From contig CBDUGN010000001.1 in assembly GCA_965366915.1 (NCBI GenBank), positions 10,466 through 74,465 of the forward strand: a stretch of 64,000 nt of DNA. The letters are read 5' to 3'. The notes beneath the pieces were generated by a model that made no database searches, was not told the origin of the DNA, and saw only the letters and a program-made list of their open reading frames with translations. Every line of letters begins with the position of its first letter. The first letter of the stretch is position 1. This document shows positions 9,953-20,866 of the stretch, in pieces. A program made the translations under genes and the position numbers. This DNA comes from an uncultured Eudoraea sp. (lineage in GTDB: Bacteria; Bacteroidota; Bacteroidia; Flavobacteriales; Flavobacteriaceae).

Positions 9953-12079
9953 TTAGGCGGTTACACCTGTTGCTGCTTTTATAACCTCTTCAGCCAAACC
10001 AGAAGGGGTTTCTGCGTAATGTGAAAATTCCATGGTTGAAGTTGCCCTGCCGGAAGACAGTGTCCTAAGCGCAGTTACATAACCAAACATCTCTGCAAGA
10101 GGTACCTCAGCCTTTATGACCTTTGCACCCGCTCTATCATCCATATTAGTAACATGCCCTCTCCTACGGTTAAGGTCTCCAACAATATCTCCCATATTCT
10201 CTTCGGGCGTAAGCGCCTCTAACTTCATTATGGGTTCCATAAGTACCGCTCTCGCCGCCTTGGCCGCTTCTTTATATCCTATTTTAGCAGCTAATTCAAA
10301 AGAAAGAGAGTCCGAATCCACGGGATGAAAAGAACCATCCTTAAGAGTGATTTTCATACTATCCATTTCAAATCCAGCCAAAGGACCATTTTTCATGGCT
10401 TCTCTAAATCCTTTTTCTACAGAAGGAATATATTCCCTGGGTATGTTACCACCCTTGATCACATTTACGAATTCCAATCCGGCTTTACCGTCTTCTCTTG
10501 GCTCCATGGTAAACACGATATCTGCAAACTTACCACGACCGCCAGTTTGTTTCTTGTAAACTTCTCTGTGCTCGGCAGTTCTTGTAATTGCTTCTTTATA
10601 TTCTACCTGTGGTTTCCCCTGGTTAACATCAACTTTAAATTCCCTTCTTAATCGATCCACAATAATATCAAGGTGCAACTCACCCATCCCTGAAATAATA
10701 GTCTGTCCAGAGGCTTCATCTGTCTTGACCACAAAAGTCGGGTCTTCTTCTGCCAATTTTGCCAATGACATCCCCAATTTATCTACATCGGCTTTTGTCT
10801 TAGGTTCAACAGCTATACCGATAACAGGATCGGGAAAATTCATACTTTCCAGAATAATCGGATGCTTTTCATCTGAGAGTGTATCTCCTGTTTTTATGTC
10901 TTTAAAACCTACAGCTGCACCAATATCACCAGCCGCAATTGAATCTACTGCATTCTGCTTATTGGAATGCATCTGGTAAATTCTTGAAATTCTTTCCTTA
11001 TTCCCTGAGCGGTTATTAAGGACGTAAGATCCTGCATTTAACTTGCCGGAATACGCTCTGAAGAAAGCTAAACGGCCTACAAACGGATCTGTGGCAATTT
11101 TAAACGCTAAAGCCGCAAATGGCTCATTAACGTCCGGTTTTCTTAATACTTCTTTATCCGTTCTTGGATCTATCCCAACAATCCCTTCCTTATCCATAGG
11201 AGAAGGTAAGTAACGACAAACAGCATCCAATAAAAATTGCACGCCTTTGTTTTTAAAGGAGGAGCCGCATATCATTGGAATAATACTCATATCCATAACA
11301 GCTGCTCTTAAAGCCGCATGTACTTCATCTTCAGTAATAGAATCTTCATCTTCAAAGAATTTTTCCATCAAGCCTTCATCGTATTCCGCTACCGCTTCAA
11401 TCAAAGCAGCACGATATTCGTGTACTTCGTCCTTCATTTCTTCAGGAATATCAATAATATCAAAAGTAGAACCCATGTCTTCTTCGTGCCATACAATGGC
11501 ACGGTTCTTTACAAGGTCAACAATACCTTTAAAATCTGCTTCTTCCCCTATAGGCAAGACAATTGGAACTGCATTGGATTTCAACATATCCTTAACCTGG
11601 TTACTAACCATTAAAAAGTTAGAACCCTGTCTATCCATCTTGTTAACAAAGCCTATTCGCGGAACTTTGTAATTGTCTGCTAATCTCCAGTTAGTTTCAG
11701 ACTGTGGCTCTACACCATCAACCGCGCTAAATAGAAAGACTAAACCATCCAATACCCTAAGTGACCGATTCACCTCAACGGTAAAATCTACGTGTCCGGG
11801 GGTATCTATAATATTAAAATGGTAAGGTTTAGTTTCAGGAAGAACTTGTCCGTTCTTGGTTGGAAAATCCCACGTACATGTTGTAGCTGCCGAGGTAATT
11901 GTTATACCGCGTTCCTGCTCCTGCGCCATCCAGTCCATAGTTGCGGCACCATCATGCACTTCACCTATTTTATGACTAACGCCCGTATAATACAAAATAC
12001 GTTCAGTAGTGGTGGTTTTACCCGCATCAATATGCGCTGCAATACCTATATTTCGTGTATATTTTAAATCTCTAGCCAT
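9953..12079 (-). CDS. fusA: Translation elongation factor G
   Basis: 708-aa ORF with G1 motif AHIDAGKTT and DTPGHVDF. Lies between rpsG and rpsJ. Confidence 0.97.
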   Translation of the reverse strand: MARDLKYTRNIGIAAHIDAGKTTTTERILYYTGVSHKIGEVHDGAATMDWMAQEQERGITITSAATTCTWDFPTKNGQVLPETKPYHFNIIDTPGHVDFTVEVNRSLRVLDGLVFLFSAVDGVEPQSETNWRLADNYKVPRIGFVNKMDRQGSNFLMVSNQVKDMLKSNAVPIVLPIGEEADFKGIVDLVKNRAIVWHEEDMGSTFDIIDIPEEMKDEVHEYRAALIEAVAEYDEGLMEKFFEDEDSITEDEVHAALRAAVMDMSIIPMICGSSFKNKGVQFLLDAVCRYLPSPMDKEGIVGIDPRTDKEVLRKPDVNEPFAALAFKIATDPFVGRLAFFRAYSGKLNAGSYVLNNRSGNKERISRIYQMHSNKQNAVDSIAAGDIGAAVGFKDIKTGDTLSDEKHPIILESMNFPDPVIGIAVEPKTKADVDKLGMSLAKLAEEDPTFVVKTDEASGQTIISGMGELHLDIIVDRLRREFKVDVNQGKPQVEYKEAITRTAEHREVYKKQTGGRGKFADIVFTMEPREDGKAGLEFVNVIKGGNIPREYIPSVEKGFREAMKNGPLAGFEMDSMKITLKDGSFHPVDSDSLSFELAAKIGYKEAAKAARAVLMEPIMKLEALTPEENMGDIVGDLNRRRGHVTNMDDRAGAKVIKAEVPLAEMFGYVTALRTLSSGRATSTMEFSHYAETPSGLAEEVIKAATGVTA

Positions 12080-12087
12080 TTTACTTT

Positions 12088-12564
12088 TTAAAATCTAAAG
12101 TGGGAAAATGCTTTGTTAGCCTCTGCCATTTTATGAGTATCCACTCTTCTTTTAACTGCAGCACCTTCTTCTTTAGAAGCTGCCAATATTTCTCCAGCCA
12201 ATTTTTGAGCCATGGACTTTTCATTACGCTTTCGCGCAAAGCTTATAAGCCACTTCATGGAAGTGGATATTTTTCTATCCGGTCTTATTTGCATGGGGAT
12301 CTGAAAAGTTGCACCACCTACTCTTCTGCTTCTAACCTCAACATGAGGCATTACATTGGAAAGCGCTTCTTTCCACAATTCCAAAGCAGATTTCTCTTCT
12401 TCTGTTTTCTTTTCTTCTACAATATCCATTGCATCGTAGAATACTTTAAAGGCAACTGATTTCTTACCATCCCACATTAACATATTCACAAAACGTGTTA
12501 CCAGTTGGTCATTAAACCTTGGATCTGGTAATAGTGGTCTTTTTTTCGCCTGTTTTTTTCTCAT
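12088..12564 (-). CDS. rpsG: 30S ribosomal protein S7
   Basis: 158-aa ORF with [15 protein letters not shown] and C-terminal [10 protein letters not shown]. Confidence 0.97.
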   Translation of the reverse strand: MRKKQAKKRPLLPDPRFNDQLVTRFVNMLMWDGKKSVAFKVFYDAMDIVEEKKTEEEKSALELWKEALSNVMPHVEVRSRRVGGATFQIPMQIRPDRKISTSMKWLISFARKRNEKSMAQKLAGEILAASKEEGAAVKRRVDTHKMAEANKAFSHFRF

Positions 12565-12587
12565 CTCTTCTTTTTTACAAGTTTAGA

Positions 12588-12962
12588 TTACTTTTTAGGG
12601 CGTTTTGCTCCGTATTTAGATCTTCTTTGGGTCCTTCCAGCAACTCCTGCTGTATCTAAAGCCCCTCGGACAATATGATATCTAACTCCTGGCAAATCTT
12701 TCACCCTTCCGCCTCTAACCAATACTATCGAGTGCTCCTGGAGATTGTGACCCTCGCCCGGGATGTATGCGTTTACCTCTTTACCATTGGTTAACCTAAC
12801 CCTTGCAACCTTTCGCATTGCAGAATTTGGTTTCTTAGGCGTAGTGGTATAAACCCGCGTACAAACCCCTCTTCGCTGGGGACACGAATCCAAAGCAGCC
12901 GATTTACTCTTCTTGGTAATTGTGGCCCTTCCTTTTCGTACTAATTGTGAAATTGTTGGCAT
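12588..12962 (-). CDS. rpsL: 30S ribosomal protein S12
   Basis: 124-aa ORF with [12 protein letters not shown] and [17 protein letters not shown]. Confidence 0.97.
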   Translation of the reverse strand: MPTISQLVRKGRATITKKSKSAALDSCPQRRGVCTRVYTTTPKKPNSAMRKVARVRLTNGKEVNAYIPGEGHNLQEHSIVLVRGGRVKDLPGVRYHIVRGALDTAGVAGRTQRRSKYGAKRPKK

Positions 12963-13005
12963 ACTAATATATATGTATAAATACTACCCTCATTTAAGGG
13001 CTGGC

Positions 13006-13036
13006 AAATGTAGTAATTATTCATTATAATTCAAAT
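13006..13036 (-). promoter_or_regulatory. Candidate Bacteroidota-type promoter of the rpsL operon (-33 TTTG, 19-nt spacer, -7 TACATTTG)
   Basis: The reverse complement of 13006-13013 is TACATTTG, matching TAnnTTTG. The reverse complement of 13033-13036 is TTTG. The -7 box ends 43 nt upstream of the rpsL ATG. Confidence 0.4.
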
Positions 13037-13286
13037 GCTATTCTATAATTTTCTGTGATTTTTTTTCTTCTCTTTTTTAAAGGGGGTTATAATAACAAAA
13101 AGAAGTCCTTTTAAGGCTTAATTAACTCTTGATTTATACCTTAATATATAAGCTGTCTAAATTTAAATTATTTGATAGTTCAAATTATCAACTTCGTTAT
13201 AATTGTCACAAGAATTCTAATGATTAATATTTAATTAAGAATATTCCAAGATATTATTGATTTTTTTAACACTTTTTTTGATTATT

Positions 13287-13320
13287 AATTTAACAATGCA
13301 CTGTTAAATTGTTTTTTTTA
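13287..13320 (+). terminator. Terminator-like AT-rich hairpin plus T-run with no upstream plus-strand gene; function unknown
   Basis: AATTTAACA (13287-13295) pairs with TGTTAAATT (13302-13310) around loop ATGCAC, followed by GTTTTTTTT. It lies about 90 nt upstream of the SusC start. Confidence 0.3.
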
Positions 13321-13411
13321 GGTCTTTCTTCTTAAAGTTTTATTAAAATATGTTTGGATTATTAACATGAAATTTGGATTTTCGCAGTTAGCTAATTCAA
13401 ATAATTAAAAA

Positions 13412-16400
13412 ATGAGAACAAATTTAAATGGAATCTTGACGCTGCTATTGGCGTTTGTTGTGCATTTATCATTTGCGCAAGACAAAACGATTTCGGGTAC
13501 AGTTACCGATTTTGAAGGTTTACCCCTGCCAGGGGTGAACATCGTTGTTGAAGGCACAACAACAGGTACCCAAACCGATTTCGATGGTAATTATTCTATC
13601 ACTGCAAGTGAAGGTCAGGCGCTTCTCTTTTCTTACATCGGCCAAAGAGATGTAAGAATTGTCGTTGGCGCTTCGAATACCATTGATGTGCAGATGGAAG
13701 AAGATGCCCAGGCACTTGAAGAGGTTGTGGTAACCGCTCAGGGTATTGAGAGAGAGGAGAGGTCCTTAGGTTATGCGGTATCAACCGTAGATGAAGGGTC
13801 AATTGAATCAAGACCAGAAGCAGATATAGGTCGGGTACTACAAGGAAAAGTAGCCGGGGTAAATATCACCGCCAGTAATGGCCTTTCAGGTTCCGGTACC
13901 AATATAATTATTAGAGGTTACACTTCTGTAACCCAATCTAACCAGCCACTATTTGTGGTTGATGGGGTACCAATTGATTCAGGAACCAATAACCAGGGCT
14001 CTATATTAGATGGTAACACGGCTTCAAGTAGGTTCTTAGATTTGGATCCAAATACAATTAAGGAAGTAAACGTACTTAAAGGGTTAAGTGCAACTGTTCT
14101 ATATGGTAACAGAGGACGTAACGGGGTAATTTTGATTACTACTAAAAGTTCCACTACAGGCGATGCTCCCAGCAAAATGGAAGTGAGTGTAAGTACTTCA
14201 GCCTTTATTTCTGAAGCTGTTCTACCTAAATACCAGGATAACTACGGAGGTGGATTCCATCAGGGATTTGGTTTCTTCTTTAGTAACTGGGGTCCGAGGT
14301 TCGACAGGACAGATGATGATGGAGTATCTCTGGCCGGTCAATTTTTAGGCAATCCATCTGGTTTTGCACAATTAAGTAGTCCTTTGAATTTCCTGGCAGA
14401 CCAAACGTTGGTAGCTGGGTATGAAGATGTTGCTGCACGACCTTATCCGTACAAACCTTATAATGGCGTTGAAGATTTCTTTAGAACCGGTTATGTTACC
14501 AGTACCTCTATTAACTTAAGAGGGGGTAATGAAAACGCCAGTTTTAACTTTAACTACGGTAGAACAGAAGATAGAGGTATCACTCCTGGAAACAGGGTAT
14601 TAAGAAATAACTTTTCTTTAGGTGGTAATGCAAGACTAACTAACAAGTTTTCAATCCAAGGTTCTTTCCAGTTTATCAAAACAGACTTCAACTCGCCACC
14701 AGTGGCCCCTTCTTTGGGAAGTGGTGCTGCCTTTAACGGAGGATCGATTTTTGGAGATGTTTTGTATACTCCCCGATCGGTTGATTTAACAGGTCTTCCT
14801 TTTCAGGCGGCAGATGGTAGAAGCATGTATTACCGTTCTGGTAACGACATTCAAAACCCTTACTGGACTGTTGCAAACGTTAAAACAAGTCAGGATACAG
14901 ACCGTTTTATCGGGAACACTTCTATTGCTTATGAGATCAATGACTTTATGAACTTGTCCTATAGACTTGGTTTAGATACCTATACAGAATTTAACAAATA
15001 CGGACAAAACAAAGGAGGAGTTGACGGGCAGCCTTTGGGACTTTTAAGAACCCGGGCGGTTAGAAACACTATCTGGAACCATGATATAATCTTATCAGCA
15101 GATAAGAATTTAACAGAGAGCTTAAATTTAAAAGCTATTGCTGGTTTTAATGCCAGACGAGATGTTTTCAATTCTGATGGGATTGAAAGCCAGGGACAGT
15201 TAGTATTCGGCGTATTAGAACACTTTAACTTTACCACACCATCTGCTCAAAACTCTTTTGTAAGAACAGGAAATGCCAATTTGGCACAAACTTTTGAAGA
15301 AAATCTGTTAGGAGCATATCTGGATTTGACCTTTAGCTATGAGGATTGGATCTATGCAAACGTGGTTGGTAGAAATGACTGGTCTTCTACTTTAGAACAA
15401 GAGAACAACTCTTTATTCTATCCCGGAGCCAGTGTTTCCTTTATTCCTACCTCTCTGTGGGATACATGGCAGGGTAAAGCTCTGAACTATTTGAAGTTCC
15501 GTTTTGGTTACGGTTCCTCGGCAGGTTTCCCAACACCTTATAATACGAGAAATGTATTAGGCTTAAATTCTCGTGCTCTCGTTGATATTAACGGAAATGT
15601 AGTTTCTTCTAACGCGGTGGATAATTCCCTGGGTAATCCAAATTTAAAACCTGAAAGAGTAGCAGAACTTGAATTAGGAATAGATACCAGACTCTTTAAC
15701 ATCTGGAATTTAAATGTGAGTGTGTTTGATAAGAAAACTACCGATTTAATTACTAACAGACCATTAGATAGCTCTACTGGTTTTACAGGTACAACAGTAA
15801 ATATCGGAGAAATTAAATCTAAGGGTATCGAAGTAGATACCAACATTGATATTCTAAAAGAATTCGAACATGGAGTAGGAATCAATATTGCAGCTAACTT
15901 TACCGCCATAGAAACAACCGTAACAAAGTTGGCAGAAGGAACAAACAATATTCTTCTTACATCTGCTGTTGCCGGAGAAGCAGCTAATTATGCTGTGGAA
16001 GGAAGGCCTTTTGGTGTATTTTTAGGAACAACAATTCTTCAGGATAATGCCGGGAATAATTTGGTAAATGATGCCGGTCGTTATTTAGTAGATAATACGA
16101 TAAGGGAAATTGGAGATCCAAACCCGGACTGGAACACTGCTGTGATTCCTACTATTTCATATAAGAATTTTTCACTGTCGGCTAACCTTCAATACCGCCA
16201 TGGCGGGGATATCTATTCTACAACCGCCACAACTCTTATAGCTCGTGGAGTAGTAGATGATGATACACCAATTCAAAGAGAAGCTCAATACATCCTTCCT
16301 GGTATCAGGCAGGCAGATGGACAACCAAACCAAACAGCCATTAGTGCTACGCAACTTGGTTTTAATACGTACTTTGCAGATGGTATTAATACTTTTACTG

Positions 16401-16663
16401 TATATGATGGAAGTACGTTCAGAATTCAAGAAGCATCGTTAACTTATGCTTTACCTTCTAAGACATTAGATCAAACTCCATTTGGAAGTTTGTCTTTCAC
16501 TTTATCAGGTCAAAACCTTTGGTTTAAAGCAATTAATATGCCATCTAATGTAAACTATGACACGAACTCTTCTAGTACAGGTGTTGGTAACGGACAAGGA
16601 ATTGATTTCTTTACGGGACCTTCTTCAAGAAGATATGGATTTACAGTAAGAGCTTCCTTTTAA
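13412..16663 (+). CDS. SusC/RagA-family TonB-dependent outer-membrane transporter
   Basis: 1083 aa with a signal peptide. It has a carboxypeptidase-regulatory-like N-domain (ISGTVTDFEGLPLPGVNIVVEGTTTGTQTDFDGNYSI) and a plug region (EEVVVTAQGIEREERSLGYAV...LKGLSATVLYGNRGRNGVILITTK). The C-terminus ends in F (YGFTVRASF). A SusD-like gene follows 12 nt later. Confidence 0.93.
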   Translation: MRTNLNGILTLLLAFVVHLSFAQDKTISGTVTDFEGLPLPGVNIVVEGTTTGTQTDFDGNYSITASEGQALLFSYIGQRDVRIVVGASNTIDVQMEEDAQALEEVVVTAQGIEREERSLGYAVSTVDEGSIESRPEADIGRVLQGKVAGVNITASNGLSGSGTNIIIRGYTSVTQSNQPLFVVDGVPIDSGTNNQGSILDGNTASSRFLDLDPNTIKEVNVLKGLSATVLYGNRGRNGVILITTKSSTTGDAPSKMEVSVSTSAFISEAVLPKYQDNYGGGFHQGFGFFFSNWGPRFDRTDDDGVSLAGQFLGNPSGFAQLSSPLNFLADQTLVAGYEDVAARPYPYKPYNGVEDFFRTGYVTSTSINLRGGNENASFNFNYGRTEDRGITPGNRVLRNNFSLGGNARLTNKFSIQGSFQFIKTDFNSPPVAPSLGSGAAFNGGSIFGDVLYTPRSVDLTGLPFQAADGRSMYYRSGNDIQNPYWTVANVKTSQDTDRFIGNTSIAYEINDFMNLSYRLGLDTYTEFNKYGQNKGGVDGQPLGLLRTRAVRNTIWNHDIILSADKNLTESLNLKAIAGFNARRDVFNSDGIESQGQLVFGVLEHFNFTTPSAQNSFVRTGNANLAQTFEENLLGAYLDLTFSYEDWIYANVVGRNDWSSTLEQENNSLFYPGASVSFIPTSLWDTWQGKALNYLKFRFGYGSSAGFPTPYNTRNVLGLNSRALVDINGNVVSSNAVDNSLGNPNLKPERVAELELGIDTRLFNIWNLNVSVFDKKTTDLITNRPLDSSTGFTGTTVNIGEIKSKGIEVDTNIDILKEFEHGVGINIAANFTAIETTVTKLAEGTNNILLTSAVAGEAANYAVEGRPFGVFLGTTILQDNAGNNLVNDAGRYLVDNTIREIGDPNPDWNTAVIPTISYKNFSLSANLQYRHGGDIYSTTATTLIARGVVDDDTPIQREAQYILPGIRQADGQPNQTAISATQLGFNTYFADGINTFTVYDGSTFRIQEASLTYALPSKTLDQTPFGSLSFTLSGQNLWFKAINMPSNVNYDTNSSSTGVGNGQGIDFFTGPSSRRYGFTVRASF

Positions 16664-16675
16664 TAGATAAGAGAA

Positions 16676-18403
16676 ATGAAAAATATAACGAATATTATGA
16701 GAAATAGGTTTAAGTTTATTGGTTTGGTATTTATTGCCACATCAATGTTACTAATAAATGGATGCGAAACCACCGATCTGGATGTCCAGCCGAATCCAAA
16801 CTTTTTAAGCCCGGAGCAATCGGATATTGATTTTTTCCTGAACTCAATTCAGATTAGAGTTGCAAATCTGCATTCGGGAACGGAAGGACGAGCAGAAAAT
16901 GGATGGTCACAGTTTGGAATGGAACCCGTAAGAATTCAACACGGTTTTGGTCCGACTTACCGAGATTTTTATGATCCGGGAGATTTTGATCAAATTTGGG
17001 ATGATATGTATTCTGAATTACTGATCGATATCAGAACAATGACTCCTTTGGCAGAAGAGGCAGAATTGTTTACACATGTGGCAATCGGACAGATTCTGGA
17101 AGCTTATGCCATGATGAACATGGTAGATTTATTTGGAGATGTTCCTTACAGTGAAGCCGCCAGAGGTGTAGAGGGAATTTTTAATCCGGCTGTTGACTCA
17201 GGTGCTGATATTTATGCAGCTTTAGATGCTCTTTTACAAGATGCTATTGCTAATCTTCAAAAATCCGAACTTACCCTTCCATCTAATGATTTATATTATG
17301 GAGGAGATGAAGGTAAATGGAGGAAAGCTGCTAACACTATGAGATTGCGTTTGGCCGTTCAAAGTAGGTTGGTAAGTCCAGCTGCGTCTGCTGCGACTAT
17401 CAATAGTATTGTTGGTGGTGGTCAGTTTATCGCTTCTTCGGCAGATGATCTTCAATTCCAGTGGGGTACAAGTAACGCAGCACCGGATAGCAGACATCCT
17501 TATTTTGACGCCAATTACGATGGTGCCGGCCCTAGTTCTGACTTTTACACCTGCAATTACTACATGAATTTAATGGCAAATCAGTATACAGCTATTGATC
17601 CACGAATTCGCTACTATATGTACCGGCAACAAAGCAATTATGATGGGGCTGATAATATTACGAAAGAATGTGTAGGTGAACCATTAGTGCCTAGTTGGTG
17701 GGCAGGTTTTGATTACTATTGCTTAGTACCAGCAACTAATGGATATGGTGGTCTTTGGGGAAGAAACCACATGGATGATGATGGTATTCCACCAGATGAC
17801 GCTTTTCGCACACTGCATGGTACATATCCTATAGGAGGTCCTTTTGATGCAGAAGATTTCAGAAATGTTTCTGGTTCTACTGCGGTTAGCGAAGGTTTGG
17901 CCGGAGCAGGTATTTCTCCTATGCTTTTGGCTGCCAATACTCATTTAATGTTAGCAGAATCTGCACTTGAGCTTGGGACAGCCGGAGACGCCAGAACCTA
18001 TTTAGAAACAGGTGTTAGAGAATCTATGAACAAAGTTGCAGCCTTTGGAGCTCCTGTGGCAACCGGTACTGGTTTTGAGGCTACTCCTGCCCTTATTGAT
18101 GCCCATATTGCGAGGATATTAGCCGCCTATGATGCAGCCGACAATACCGGGAAACTGAGAATCATTGCGGAGCAAGTTTTTATTGCTTCCTGGTGTGACG
18201 GAATGACTGCGTATAATACGTATAGAAGAACAGGACAACCAGATAATTTAAGCCCTGCTTTCGTAGTTGAGAATCCTGGTACCTTTTTGAGATCTATGTG
18301 GTATCCACAGACGGCTTCAGATAACAATACCAATATTACACAGAAGGCAAATCCGGATACCCCAGTATTCTGGGATACTAATCCTCCAGGTTTTGTAAAT
18401 TAA
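16676..18403 (+). CDS. SusD/RagB-family nutrient-binding outer-membrane lipoprotein
   Basis: 575 aa with a lipobox (LLINGCETT). Size and position immediately after SusC fit. Helical TPR-like composition. Confidence 0.88.
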   Translation: MKNITNIMRNRFKFIGLVFIATSMLLINGCETTDLDVQPNPNFLSPEQSDIDFFLNSIQIRVANLHSGTEGRAENGWSQFGMEPVRIQHGFGPTYRDFYDPGDFDQIWDDMYSELLIDIRTMTPLAEEAELFTHVAIGQILEAYAMMNMVDLFGDVPYSEAARGVEGIFNPAVDSGADIYAALDALLQDAIANLQKSELTLPSNDLYYGGDEGKWRKAANTMRLRLAVQSRLVSPAASAATINSIVGGGQFIASSADDLQFQWGTSNAAPDSRHPYFDANYDGAGPSSDFYTCNYYMNLMANQYTAIDPRIRYYMYRQQSNYDGADNITKECVGEPLVPSWWAGFDYYCLVPATNGYGGLWGRNHMDDDGIPPDDAFRTLHGTYPIGGPFDAEDFRNVSGSTAVSEGLAGAGISPMLLAANTHLMLAESALELGTAGDARTYLETGVRESMNKVAAFGAPVATGTGFEATPALIDAHIARILAAYDAADNTGKLRIIAEQVFIASWCDGMTAYNTYRRTGQPDNLSPAFVVENPGTFLRSMWYPQTASDNNTNITQKANPDTPVFWDTNPPGFVN

Positions 18404-18417
18404 AATATCTATAAAAA

Positions 18418-19230
18418 ATGAAAAATATGAAAAATATAAATAAAATCATTTTAGGGATTCTTGCCGTTGCCTTGACTATGGCATCCTGCGAAGATAAAGA
18501 CAAGTTTCCATTAAGTGTTCATTTAGATGATGCAAACAAGGCGGCTTATGTCCGTGCTGTTATTAATCAATCTCTTTATCTGGTGGAAGATATTGGGGAT
18601 GCCACTTTTGAAGCAACCATAGATGTTCCGGTTGACAATGTTGCCCAGTATGATCTAAGCTTTACATTATTAAGTGGTAGTGGTGATTATGATACTATAC
18701 CATTGAACACTATTACCGAATTTCCAACAAGCATCTCATACACTTATGCAGAATTAACCGGTTTCTTAGGAATTACTACCGCGGATATAGGTGGTGGAGA
18801 TATTTTCCAATTTATAGGTACTTGTGTTGGGAAGGACGGGAGATTTTGGACAATTGATAATTACACAGGAGATATTACCGGGCAGGCAGCACAGCGTAAT
18901 GCCTTTGCTTTTAATGTATTAGTTGATTGTGCTCCTATCACGGATGTTGATACCGCAGGGACCTGGGTTGCTGATTTACAGGATACCTATGGAGATGGTT
19001 GGGATGGTGCTTTCTTAACTTTCAGTATAGATGGTTCCACAACTGCGTATACTATTTCCGCAGATCAGGGAGATGCTGCAACTTATAACATTGAAGTGCC
19101 AGATGGTGTTGTATTAGAAATCTTTTATACTGCTGGGAACTTTGAAAGTGAACACATCTACCAACTTTACTCTCCTGACGGAGCGCTATATGGTGATTAT
19201 GGGCCAGCTCCTGGGAAATGTGTTAACTAA
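18418..19230 (+). CDS. Lipoprotein of unknown function (third gene of the SusCD operon; C-terminal YGDGWDG-motif module)
   Basis: 270 aa with lipobox LTMASCEDK. Starts 14 nt after SusD. The C-terminal roughly 100 aa contain TWVADLQDTYGDGWDGAFLTFSIDG. I recognise no enzyme motif. Confidence 0.8.
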   Translation: MKNMKNINKIILGILAVALTMASCEDKDKFPLSVHLDDANKAAYVRAVINQSLYLVEDIGDATFEATIDVPVDNVAQYDLSFTLLSGSGDYDTIPLNTITEFPTSISYTYAELTGFLGITTADIGGGDIFQFIGTCVGKDGRFWTIDNYTGDITGQAAQRNAFAFNVLVDCAPITDVDTAGTWVADLQDTYGDGWDGAFLTFSIDGSTTAYTISADQGDAATYNIEVPDGVVLEIFYTAGNFESEHIYQLYSPDGALYGDYGPAPGKCVN

Positions 19231-19294
19231 TGTACTAACTAAATCCGGGAAGTATCAGATTATCAAGATACTTCCAGATTTAGTTCTTTTAAAA

Positions 19295-19340
19295 GCTATA
19301 AATCAATTATTTGCGTAATTGATTTATAGCTTTTTGTTTT
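19295..19340 (+). terminator. Rho-independent terminator ending the SusC-SusD-lipoprotein operon
   Basis: Perfect 15-bp stem, GCTATAAATCAATTA (19295-19309) with TAATTGATTTATAGC (19316-19330), around loop TTTGCG. Followed by TTTTTGTTTT. Confidence 0.9.
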
Positions 19341-19397
19341 GTTAATTTAGATCATATTTTCATTAATTTGACTTAAATTTGATTACATCTTATTTTT

Positions 19398-20741
19398 ATG
19401 AAACCTATTAGGATTACATCAGTCATATTGCTAATATTACTCACTTTTGGCGTCCTCTCTTGTAAAAATGATGATTCCTTCAACAATGAACCTGAAGCGA
19501 CAGAGGATACGGATTCAACGGAAAATTCAAATGATTTGGACGATGATGAATCTGCAGAAGGTTTTGACGCCAGTACAGAATTTATTAATCCGGACCTTGT
19601 ATTTGATAGCTATATACTTGTTAATGATGCAGGTGGCAACAGGGCCTTCCTAATTGATAAAAATGCTAACTTATTGTTTGAATGGCCGTTGGGAAATAAT
19701 ATAGGGAACGATGTTTACCTATTGCCTGATAACAGATTACTTGCAATACTTGAAGCTGATACTCCTTTGATTACTTATGGGGGCAAAGGAGGAAAAATTC
19801 AGTTCATTAATAAAGATGGTTCAATAGATTGGAATTTTGAATATTCAACAGAAGACTATATTACACACCATGATGTAGAATTGTTGCCAAATGGCAATGT
19901 AATTGCACTGGTATGGGAACGAATGCCGGTTCAGCAAGCCATTGAAAATGGTTCGGTCCATAACCGAGACCTTTATACTGAGGCTATTATAGAAATAGAT
20001 CCTAAGACAGATCAGATTGTATGGGAATGGCATTCCTGGGACCATCTTGTTCAGGACTTTGATGATTCCAAGGAAAACTATGGAATCATTTCAGATAATC
20101 CTCAATTGATAAATTTTAATTATACCGAACAACAGGATGATGGCGACATTATGCATTCTAACGGCATTGCATATGATGAAGTTAATGATCTGATTTATAT
20201 GAGTGTAAACTTTTACCATGAAGTTTGGGTTATAGACCATAGTACAAATACGGCTGAAGCTGCCTCTTCTGCAGGTGGCAATTACCAAAAAGGAGGTAAT
20301 TTAGTTTACCGTTTTGGCAATCCTGACGCTTATAACAATTCTATGGGTGATCGATTGTTCTATAACAACCATTTTCCTAATTTAATAGATACAGAGAGTC
20401 CAGGACAAAAGAATATGTTGATTTTTGTCAACAATATGAATAATACCGAACAATCTGTAGTTTATGAACTGCAATTTCCCGATACCTTTGAATTGCTTCC
20501 CAATGCAAACAATGAACCCGAAATAGTCTGGAGTTTTACAGATCCCGAATTGTATTCGCCAAAAGTTTCCGGAGCTGTTACATTACCAAACGGAAACAGA
20601 TTAATAACAGAAGGAGACTTTGGTTTTTGGGAAGTTACAGCAAACGGCGAAGTTGTCTGGAAACTACGTTCAGAAGGTTTTTTTTGGAGAGGCTATCATT
20701 ATAATAAAGATGCACCGGAAATAGAAGCGCTTGGGTTTTAA
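19398..20741 (+). CDS. Arylsulfotransferase (ASST)-like beta-propeller lipoprotein
   Basis: 447 aa with lipobox FGVLSCKND and an acidic linker. HHDVELLPNGNVIAL and GDIMHSNGIAYDEVNDLIYMSVNFYHEVWVIDHS resemble the H-x-N-S ... ID pattern I associate with ASST-type propellers. Family assignment is from memory. Confidence 0.55.
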   Translation: MKPIRITSVILLILLTFGVLSCKNDDSFNNEPEATEDTDSTENSNDLDDDESAEGFDASTEFINPDLVFDSYILVNDAGGNRAFLIDKNANLLFEWPLGNNIGNDVYLLPDNRLLAILEADTPLITYGGKGGKIQFINKDGSIDWNFEYSTEDYITHHDVELLPNGNVIALVWERMPVQQAIENGSVHNRDLYTEAIIEIDPKTDQIVWEWHSWDHLVQDFDDSKENYGIISDNPQLINFNYTEQQDDGDIMHSNGIAYDEVNDLIYMSVNFYHEVWVIDHSTNTAEAASSAGGNYQKGGNLVYRFGNPDAYNNSMGDRLFYNNHFPNLIDTESPGQKNMLIFVNNMNNTEQSVVYELQFPDTFELLPNANNEPEIVWSFTDPELYSPKVSGAVTLPNGNRLITEGDFGFWEVTANGEVVWKLRSEGFFWRGYHYNKDAPEIEALGF

Positions 20742-20866
20742 TGACTATAACTTCTATTGTATTACCCTAGAGAGTAGTCTATATTACGGAAATATATCAG
20801 GTAAATATCTTGTGAATAAGTCAAAACAGCCCTTAAAAATGGCTGGTATTTATCTATCTTTAAGGC

